Of a stretch of DNA of 64,000 nucleotides, positions 56,881 through 64,000 are shown in pieces (within the stretch, counting starts at the first letter, position 1; each line of letters begins with the position of its first letter). Where the stretch lies: positions 3,588 to 67,587 of the forward strand of contig JASFEM010000004.1 in the NCBI GenBank assembly GCA_050124835.1, given 5' to 3'. A program made the position numbers and the translations under genes. Below the pieces are notes generated by a model. It was not told the DNA's origin. It ran no database searches and saw nothing but the letters and a program-made list of their open reading frames with translations. The stretch comes from Syntrophobacterales bacterium. GTDB lineage: Bacteria; Desulfobacterota; Syntrophobacteria; BM002.

Positions 56881-59259
56881 ATGGCAGACTTTAGTCCGTT
56901 CGCCATTTCTTTAGGCAGGCTGGGAATAAAGGCTCTGGAGAGGCTTTCCAAGGCTTCAGTACATATCCACGGCACAGAAAACATTCCGGATGGGGTGACC
57001 ATTTTTGCGGTGAACCACTTCACCCGATTGGAAACACTGTTACTTTTCTCCGAATTCCATCGACTTACCGGTAAGCCGGTGATGTCCCTCGCCTATCACG
57101 GGTTGTTTACCGGCGTGCTCGGCGCCGTTCTTGAGAAGGTGGGTGCGGTATCCACTAAAGACCCTAATCGTTACAAGATCATCATCCGTTCCCTACTCAC
57201 TGGTGATCACTCCTGGTTGATTTTCCCGGAAGGCGTCATGGTCAAAGACAAAAAAATTATTGAGAACGGTGAATTACTCATCAATGGTGCTGAGGGCACT
57301 CTACGGCCGCCACACACTGGCGCTGCGGCCCTGGCCTTGCGCGCCGAGTTCTATCGTCAGCGAATTCTTCACTTACAACGCACCGACGCCGCGTTACTCC
57401 GACAGCAACTAGATTTTTTTGATCTCACCTCCATTGAGCAGGTGAGCGAGCAGGAGACGTTCCTGGTACCGGTCAACGTGAGCTATTATCCCATTCGTTC
57501 TCAGCAAAACGGCTTTGAAAAACTTGCCTCCTACTTGGTGAAGGATATTCCCGAACGCGCACTGGAGGAACTGCGAACCGAGGGAACCATGCTCTTGTCA
57601 GGTGTGGACATGGATATTAGTTTCGGCAAACCCTTAGACGTTAAACAATGGCTCAAGAAACCCAGTATTCAAGAAGATATCGTCACCCCAAACCGCATCT
57701 CACCCAAGCAGGTGCTCCCCTCCAGACCTCTGATGCGACGGATTGCTAAAGACTTGACCGAGGAGGTTATGACCTCCATTTACCGCAATACCATGGTCAA
57801 TTACGACCACCTGGCCGGTTACATCTTGAAGTATTATCCCGGCCAATGTCTGAGCTTTTCTGATTTGGCCGAGCGAGTTTACCTTGCTGCGGAGATGGCA
57901 TCCCAAATGAAGTCAATTCGGTTCCACCCTGCCCTGCATCAAGATCAGAATGGCCACTTTTGGGGCCAATTCCAACACAAATTGGCTGATTTTCTCCAGA
58001 TGGCACAGAAAAGCGGCGTGGTGGAGATAGTAGGAGATACCATACACCAGAAAAAACTGAAGACAATAAAACCTTTCAATTTCCACACTATCCGGAGTGA
58101 AAACCCCTTTCAGGTTATTCTAAATGAGGTGGAATTTCTCCGTCCCCTCACCAGGCGGTTACGTCGCATCGCCTGGTATCCCAGACGGCTTAATCAGCTA
58201 CGGTTGAAAGGTCATTCCAGCCGTTTGTCTCAATTGAAATTCGCCACCGACAACAACGGTTCGAAGCGCGTTCAGTCAAGCGGCGCTCCACGTTTTCGGG
58301 TTTTGCCCAAGCTCTCGGCTCTAAACGGGACGTTCAAGCTTGCTCATCTCTCTGACCTGCATTTGACATCCCCCAACGACTTCAGGACGCAGGAATTGCT
58401 AAATAAGCGGGCGTACGGGTATCTGAGTTGGCGGTTGCGGCGGCGTGCTGAGCACAGTGGCGAGGTGCTTGAGGCTCTGCTCCGTGACCTCAAATTTACC
58501 AAACCCGATCACATCGTCATCACGGGCGACCTGACTCATCTAAGTTTGCCCAGTGAGTTTCAAGAAGTTGAACAATGGCTGCAATCAATGGGGGCGCCCT
58601 CCCAGGTTACCATAATACCAGGAAACCACGACGCTTATGTCAATACCGCCTGGGACCAGACCTTTGTCCTCTGGAAAGACTACATGACATCTGATGCAGC
58701 CTACCTTGATAACGGGTCGGACGCAAATTTGCAGACCACCTTTCCCAGCTTGCGGGTACGGGGTAAAACCGCCCTAATCGGAGTCTCCTCGGCCCGACCC
58801 ACCGCACCATTTCTTGCCGTCGGCACTATTGGGCAAGCACAGCTGCACAAGCTGGAAAAGATTCTGGAGGAGACGGGGCGGCAGGGTTTATTCAGGGTGG
58901 TTCTCATTCACCATCCACCCGGACCGAACACCGTTAGCTGGCGCAAGAGGCTTACGGATGGCAAGGCTTTCCGTTCGGTGTTGGCGCGATACGGTGCAGA
59001 GTTGGTCCTACACGGCCACGCGCATCGCAGTGCCATGTCAGAACTTGAGACGTCGGCGGGCTCGGTTCCTTCCATCGGCGTCCCTTCCGCATCATCCCTA
59101 GGTCGGAACCCCTGGCGCCGGGCTCGATACCATATCTACGAATTATCTCGAAACGGCAATGACTGGAGGGTGCAACTCTCAGAGCGCGGCTATTCGGTGT
59201 CGGAAGATCGTTTTATTGCAGATGGTGAAAAACAGCTGACCCTGCCACGCACTGTATGA
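56881..59259 (+). CDS. bifunctional-looking protein: N-terminal PlsC-type acyltransferase domain plus C-terminal calcineurin-like metallophosphoesterase domain
   Basis: N-terminal block NHFTRLET (HX4D/E-like) with FPEG. C-terminal GDLTH, GNHD and GHAHR metallophosphoesterase motifs. The ORF is 792 aa. Confidence 0.55.
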   Translation: MADFSPFAISLGRLGIKALERLSKASVHIHGTENIPDGVTIFAVNHFTRLETLLLFSEFHRLTGKPVMSLAYHGLFTGVLGAVLEKVGAVSTKDPNRYKIIIRSLLTGDHSWLIFPEGVMVKDKKIIENGELLINGAEGTLRPPHTGAAALALRAEFYRQRILHLQRTDAALLRQQLDFFDLTSIEQVSEQETFLVPVNVSYYPIRSQQNGFEKLASYLVKDIPERALEELRTEGTMLLSGVDMDISFGKPLDVKQWLKKPSIQEDIVTPNRISPKQVLPSRPLMRRIAKDLTEEVMTSIYRNTMVNYDHLAGYILKYYPGQCLSFSDLAERVYLAAEMASQMKSIRFHPALHQDQNGHFWGQFQHKLADFLQMAQKSGVVEIVGDTIHQKKLKTIKPFNFHTIRSENPFQVILNEVEFLRPLTRRLRRIAWYPRRLNQLRLKGHSSRLSQLKFATDNNGSKRVQSSGAPRFRVLPKLSALNGTFKLAHLSDLHLTSPNDFRTQELLNKRAYGYLSWRLRRRAEHSGEVLEALLRDLKFTKPDHIVITGDLTHLSLPSEFQEVEQWLQSMGAPSQVTIIPGNHDAYVNTAWDQTFVLWKDYMTSDAAYLDNGSDANLQTTFPSLRVRGKTALIGVSSARPTAPFLAVGTIGQAQLHKLEKILEETGRQGLFRVVLIHHPPGPNTVSWRKRLTDGKAFRSVLARYGAELVLHGHAHRSAMSELETSAGSVPSIGVPSASSLGRNPWRRARYHIYELSRNGNDWRVQLSERGYSVSEDRFIADGEKQLTLPRTV

Positions 59260-59759
59260 GAAAGGAGTCAGATCGGTAAAAAATAAACGGTGAACGGATC
59301 AGTCCATGGATTTAATACTGCTCGCTGCTCACCGTTTACCCCGTTTGATGCTTTAGATTATTTTTTGCTTATCTTTGTGCGCTTTGTGGTGAAACACTAG
59401 CGCATAGAGACAAAGCCGGTCTGGGCAACAGCCCCTCAAGACCTGACCCCGTTTTGTTGCTCGGCCTTCTCTTCTCTCCTTATTATCTGTATATCCTTCT
59501 GCGTCTCTTCTTGACCAAACGTTTTATAGCTTTTTCGTGTTTCAGCCTGCTTCTCTCGCCTTTACTCAAATAGTAACGATGTCTTTTTATGGAGGGTCCG
59601 ACATTCCTCTGAAAGTCTTTCTTGAGTCGCTTTAGCCTCTTTTCAAAAGTATGCAAGTCGTGCCACCTTTCGTTAATGCAAATCTAGGCAAAGGAATTAT
59701 GCTGGGACTGGTTTCTTCCGTCTGACTGAAAGATGCCCATAATAATGGTGTCGTCGCCT

Positions 59760-59960
59760 CTAAATCTTCGTCACGTTCTGTGCTGCGGGGCCCTTTTTGC
59801 CCTCTCCCACATCAAAGCTCACCCGCTCACCTTCAGAAAGAGTCTTAAAACCTTCCATGTTGATCTCCGAGTGGTGTACAAATATATCCCCACCCTCATC
59901 TTGCTCGATAAAGCCATAGCCTTTCTGTTCACTGAACCATTTAACCGTTCCTTCTGCCAT
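59760..59960 (-). CDS. cspA: cold-shock protein (CspA family)
   Basis: [31 protein letters not shown] carries the RNP1 and RNP2 motifs. An AGGAGG RBS is present. The ORF track extends 16 codons upstream, but the RBS supports the shorter start. Confidence 0.85.
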   Translation of the reverse strand: MAEGTVKWFSEQKGYGFIEQDEGGDIFVHHSEINMEGFKTLSEGERVSFDVGEGKKGPAAQNVTKI

Positions 59961-60565
59961 ACTCCTAACCTCCTTGAATGATGTCCTATTGTGATCTAAA
60001 TCGTCCATTTGCTGGACTTGCGAAACAAAACCAACCCTCGAATATAAACGGGGCCTCCATTAAAAACCGTTTTTGTTACAGGGGTACATTTCGCCACATG
60101 GGTGCGGAAATGAGAACCTCCAATCATCCAGCATCCGGGTTTCTAGTGGTGCAGCAGCAAAGGTGGGTTAGATCGCTGAAGTATTCCTTAAAAGTGGTGA
60201 ACAAAAGCAAAGAAATGTCGAGAATGACAAACCGCTCAATTTACTGCAGTAGCTAAAATCTTAGGGTATTAAAAATTCCCCGTCGATCATTTCCTCTGTA
60301 GTGACCGAATCGCACTTTTTGGGGCACTTCTTCCCACAATCTATAACTGCCTCAACCTCATCTTTTCACGGAGCCTAACAACAATCAGCCCAACAATCAA
60401 TACTAAATCGCATCTTGAGGATTGGGGACGTCCATTGATTTATTGATAGTTATCATCATCTCAACAGACGTCCCCCTTTTTCTCAGGAGAATCTGATTTG
60501 CGGTTGTGATATAAGTACAGTTGCTTTACTTCAGGCGAAAACTCAACAATTGAAGGGGAATCAAT

Positions 60566-61786
60566 ATGGATCTAGACCTCCTTTCTTCGTTAGCCGTTCA
60601 GAACGATACGAAAGTCTTATTACTGGTTTTAGACGGTGTGGGTGGTTTGGCTGGGCCGCAGGGAAAAACTTCACTGGAGGCTGCCCACACCCCGAACCTG
60701 GATGACCTGGCCAAATCCGGTGTCTGTGGGTTTCACGATCCAGTGGCCCCGGGGATCACACCAGGATCGGGACCGGCGCATATCGGACTATTCGGCTACG
60801 ACCCGTTCCGGTATCTCATCGGGCGGGGCGTGCTGGATACGGCTGGCACACCGTTCGTTTTCGCGAAGGGTGATCTGGCCAGTCGGCTGAACTTTGCTAC
60901 CCTTGCAGCCGATGGCACAATTTCCGACCGACGCGCGGGACGCATCCCCGATGAAGAGGGCCAGCGGGTGACCGATTTACTTGCCAAAGAGATAAAGGAA
61001 ATTGAAGGAGTGCAGGTGCTTCTTCAGCATGTCAAGGAGTATCGGGCGGCGGCTATTTTCCGGGGGAAGCGGCTGGATGGAGACCTCTGCGACAGCGATC
61101 CCCAAAAAGTCGGTTTGAAGCCGCTGGATGTAGCACCCACGCAGAAAAACCCGACGGTTGAGGCCAAGGAAGCTGCACGCCTCGCCAATACTTTTATCGG
61201 AAGGGCAAAAGAGATACTGGCAGGAGAAGCGAAGGCCAATTTCGTCATGATGCGTGGCTTCGATGTCTACGAACCCCTGCCGGATTTTTGTGAGCTTTAC
61301 AAGTGGCAGGCATGCGCGGTGGCTGGTTACCCAATGTACAAGGGCGTGGCCAAGTTGGCCGGTATGCGGGTGATCGAGGAGGGACAATCCTCGGTTGAGG
61401 AGGAGATCGATTTGGTTATACGCGAGCTACCAAACACTGACTTTCTTTTCCTCCATGTCAAGAAAACCGATTCCAAGGGTGAAGACGGAGACTTCGAGGG
61501 AAAGGTGGAGGTGATCGAGCATTTCGATCGGTTGTTGCCCCGCCTTGTGGATCTGAAACCGGATGTCTTTTGTGTCACCGGCGACCACTCTACGCCGTGC
61601 AGCCTTCGCAGCCACTCATGGCACCCGGTCCCCATCTGCATTGCTGCTGAGACTGCACGGGTGGACGCGTGCCAGACGTTTAGCGAGACCTCTTTTCTCA
61701 CCGGGGGACTGGGCCGCATTCACAGTACCGATGTGGTTCCGCTGCTATTAGCTCATGCAGAGCGACTGCAAAAATACGGAGCTTAA
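60566..61786 (+). CDS. apgM: cofactor-independent phosphoglycerate mutase, archaeal type
   Basis: The N-terminus KVLLLVLDGVGG matches the metalloenzyme superfamily. Length and internal blocks (GDHSTP) match ApgM. Confidence 0.7.
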   Translation: MDLDLLSSLAVQNDTKVLLLVLDGVGGLAGPQGKTSLEAAHTPNLDDLAKSGVCGFHDPVAPGITPGSGPAHIGLFGYDPFRYLIGRGVLDTAGTPFVFAKGDLASRLNFATLAADGTISDRRAGRIPDEEGQRVTDLLAKEIKEIEGVQVLLQHVKEYRAAAIFRGKRLDGDLCDSDPQKVGLKPLDVAPTQKNPTVEAKEAARLANTFIGRAKEILAGEAKANFVMMRGFDVYEPLPDFCELYKWQACAVAGYPMYKGVAKLAGMRVIEEGQSSVEEEIDLVIRELPNTDFLFLHVKKTDSKGEDGDFEGKVEVIEHFDRLLPRLVDLKPDVFCVTGDHSTPCSLRSHSWHPVPICIAAETARVDACQTFSETSFLTGGLGRIHSTDVVPLLLAHAERLQKYGA

Positions 61787-61825
61787 AGTAAAGATTAGAG
61801 GACTTATCTGTCCCCATAGGGGTTT

Positions 61826-61850
61826 CGGATTTTAGATTGCAGATTTTTCT
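61826..61850. repeat. heptamer array (AGATTNN)x3, same family as 19051 and 20671
   Basis: GGATTTT AGATTGC AGATTTT, 20 nt upstream of the next gene. Confidence 0.65.
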
Positions 61851-61869
61851 GAAGAAAGAAAGAGACTGA

Positions 61870-62724
61870 TTGACAATGAGACCAGTTTGCGATGTTTCCG
61901 CGCTGGACAGGCCAGAGGTACTGGAGCGTCTTTTTCATCCTCGGCAAGATGACGCCGAGAGCAAACCCGAGGGTGCCATAGATCTGTTTTTTGCGGTGGA
62001 AGAAACCGTGCATCTCGGTGCCCGATTTTTCCCGAGCGATCCGTCCGGATCCCATATTCTGTTTTTTCACGGAAACGGCGAGATTGCCAGCGATTACAAT
62101 ACCATTGCTCCAGCCTACAACAGCTACGGTATGAGCTTTCTTGTTGCTGATTATCGGGGTTACGGGCACAGTGGCGGCAATCCCACCGCCACTTCCTTGC
62201 TATCCGACGCCCACACTGTTTTCACCGAAACGAGAGGTTGGTTGGAGAGCCAGAATCGAACCGGACTCCTTATCGTAATGGGCAGGTCTCTGGGTAGCGT
62301 TTCTGCTATCGAGATAGCATCCAGCTATCAAGATGAAATCGATGCTCTTATTATCGACAGTGGGTTCGCCAGGACCATGCCCCTTCTCAATCGCCTCGGC
62401 GTGCCAACGGACAGCTTGGGCATTTCGGAAACGGATGGTTTTGCCAACTTTGGCAAGATGAGGGCTGTGGGCAAGCCCACCCTGATTATTCACGGCCAGA
62501 GGGACGAGATCATCCCCCCCGAAGAAGCTGACATTCTAATGGCAAATTCAGCAACCATGAGAAAGCAGCTTATGCTCGCGGCAGGTTGTGGCCACAACAA
62601 CATCTTGCTCCGTTGTAGAGATGCGTATTTTCAGACAATTAGCAATTTCGTCGAGATGGTTGAACGAATCAAAAAGAGAAACGCTATGAGCCGAGGCTTC
62701 GACAGGAGATATCCGAGAAGATAG
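61870..62724 (+). CDS. alpha/beta-fold hydrolase (S9/S33-like)
   Basis: Nucleophile elbow GRSLGS, HGxxD, and a His in GCGHNN. Confidence 0.6.
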   Translation: MTMRPVCDVSALDRPEVLERLFHPRQDDAESKPEGAIDLFFAVEETVHLGARFFPSDPSGSHILFFHGNGEIASDYNTIAPAYNSYGMSFLVADYRGYGHSGGNPTATSLLSDAHTVFTETRGWLESQNRTGLLIVMGRSLGSVSAIEIASSYQDEIDALIIDSGFARTMPLLNRLGVPTDSLGISETDGFANFGKMRAVGKPTLIIHGQRDEIIPPEEADILMANSATMRKQLMLAAGCGHNNILLRCRDAYFQTISNFVEMVERIKKRNAMSRGFDRRYPRR

Positions 62725-62899
62725 CAGGCAGCGGACAGCGGGCACTAGGCACTCTGGTAATTGCGGATTTTGAAATTATCAGGCGTGATATCCGATCTCT
62801 GTTATCTGTCCTCTAGTCTCCGTCTCGCCGTTTCTCCGCGCCTGCCCGCCATCGGCTTCGCCTTCAGGCGAGGCGGGCGGGTCCCCGCGTCGTCCTCCT

Positions 62900-62930
62900 G
62901 TGCCTAGTCCCTAGTGTTTAGTGCTAGTAA
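62900..62930. repeat. heptamer array (YCTAGTN)x4
   Basis: GTGCCTA GTCCCTA GTGTTTA GTGCTAG. A related 2-unit GCACTAG GCACTCT lies at 62737-62752. A GC-rich hairpin at about 62825-62885 precedes it. Confidence 0.6.
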
Positions 62931-62946
62931 AAATGCTGCCTGCTGG

Positions 62947-64000
62947 TTAGGCGGTTGGTGCTTCCTGCTTTGTGAATTTAGCTTTCAGTTCTCCAAACAG
63001 ATTTGTCAGATCTTCCAGAATCATGTAGCCGCAAGGAACCAAGAGCAGCGTAATGCCGGTGGCAAACAGAACGCCGAAACCAAGGCTAATGGCCATGGGG
63101 ATAAGAAATTGAGCCTGAAGGCTCCGTTCCAAGAGCATGGGTGTGAGACCAGCAAAGGTGGTCAAAGAGGTGAGAATGATGGCTCTGAATCGTAAGGCCC
63201 CAGCGGTACTGATGGCGTCATGAGCGTTCAGCCCCTGCCGACGGAACCGATTGGTGGCGTGCACCAATACCAGCGAGTCATTGACCACCACACCGGCCAG
63301 GCCGACAACCCCGAACATGCTCAAAAGGCTGAGGTTGTGACCCATGATAAGATGCCCAACTACTGCCCCGACTATACCAAATGGAATGGCCGCCATCACC
63401 ACAAAGGGTTGGAAAAATGATCTGAAAGGAATGGCCAATAGGGCATAAATGGCGAACAGGGCAATGATGAAACCTCTGATGACATCGGCCATGGACTCCT
63501 TCTGCTCTTTTCCTTCCCCTTCCATGGTGTATCTCAAACCGGGGTAGCGCAGCTGAAGTTGCGGCAGAAACCTGCTCTCCAGATCAACACGCACCTCGTT
63601 GGCGTTTGTGACTGTCTCATCCACATCGGCTGTGACTTTGATCACCCTGAAACGTTGAGCCCGCTCGATCGCGGCGTAGCCTTGCTCCATTCTTATCTTA
63701 GCCACCTCACTGAACGGAACCTCAGAGCCGTCCGGCGTCCGAATGCGCATATCTTCCACATGACCCAGGGACTTTCTCTCTGATTCCGGATAGCGAACCA
63801 TAACCTTGACTTCATCTTGATCACGCTGCAAGCGCAGTGCCTCGGCCCCGTAGAAGGCATGCCGCACCTGCTGGGCCAAATCGTCCAAAGTCAATCCCAA
63901 ACTGCGGGCAGCCAGCTTGAGCTTGAGCTGCATTTCCTCTTTGCCCGGAAAGAAACTGTCGCTCACATCGAATACCCCGGGATAGCCTTTCAGTTCCTCC
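62947..64000 (-). CDS. RND efflux transporter (AcrB/HAE1 family), C-terminal portion; the gene continues beyond the window end
   Basis: A periplasmic loop and the TM7-12 bundle are present (LLAIPFRSFFQPFVVMAAIPFGIVGAVVGHLIMG). The reading frame stays open to nt 64000. Confidence 0.75.
   Translation of the reverse strand, partial: EELKGYPGVFDVSDSFFPGKEEMQLKLKLAARSLGLTLDDLAQQVRHAFYGAEALRLQRDQDEVKVMVRYPESERKSLGHVEDMRIRTPDGSEVPFSEVAKIRMEQGYAAIERAQRFRVIKVTADVDETVTNANEVRVDLESRFLPQLQLRYPGLRYTMEGEGKEQKESMADVIRGFIIALFAIYALLAIPFRSFFQPFVVMAAIPFGIVGAVVGHLIMGHNLSLLSMFGVVGLAGVVVNDSLVLVHATNRFRRQGLNAHDAISTAGALRFRAIILTSLTTFAGLTPMLLERSLQAQFLIPMAISLGFGVLFATGITLLLVPCGYMILEDLTNLFGELKAKFTKQEAPTA

Overview
The window reads as an ordinary chromosomal segment (GC about 50%) from an anaerobic bacterium. 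The gene content would suit a Desulfobacterota- or Nitrospirota-like anaerobe, but no taxon can be proven from sequence alone. Recognisable genes, in order: a GNAT acetyltransferase and a SAM methyltransferase; a five-gene peptide ABC importer (binding protein, two permeases, two ATPases) followed by a NifS/IscS-type cysteine desulfurase; a small repeat-containing protein with a histidine-kinase-like dimerisation helix; a response regulator with an HD-GYP output; an XRE/cupin regulator; a four-gene pyruvate:ferredoxin oxidoreductase cluster whose delta subunit is fused to a GltD-like NAD(P)H/FAD oxidoreductase; a YidD-like protein; znuACB with zur; two more HD-GYP proteins (GAF-HD-GYP and sensor-HAMP-GAF-HD-GYP); a prepilin-like protein; a PAS histidine kinase with a LuxR-type regulator; a CheY-like regulator; a group-2 sigma-70 factor; a small TRASH-domain protein; a radical SAM enzyme; a large clan GH-G glycoside hydrolase with glucokinase; an AT-rich islet carrying two divergent PilZ genes; two more single-domain response regulators; an M23 peptidase; a TVP38/DedA membrane protein; a short-form 6-phosphogluconate dehydrogenase; a pyridine-nucleotide disulfide oxidoreductase; an operon of an alkyl-DHAP-synthase-like FAD oxidase and an FAD glycerol-3-phosphate dehydrogenase; a URO-D-family protein; two alpha/beta hydrolases; FabH; a Cache-HAMP-PP2C phosphatase; an FtcD-type cyclodeaminase domain protein; an acyltransferase-metallophosphoesterase fusion; a cold-shock protein; an archaeal-type phosphoglycerate mutase; and the C-terminal part of an RND efflux pump that runs off the window end. 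No rRNA, tRNA, CRISPR array, transposase or integrase was recognised. The unusual signal is in the non-coding DNA. Intergenic regions carry many short tandem repeat arrays with 7- or 8-nt units, in at least six sequence families. Several are arranged as forward array, spacer, reverse-complement array. There is also a roughly 200-bp dispersed element with terminal inverted repeats in three copies, and a roughly 50-nt conserved leader motif shared by two unrelated genes. Coordinates of repeats and motifs are approximate to a few nt.
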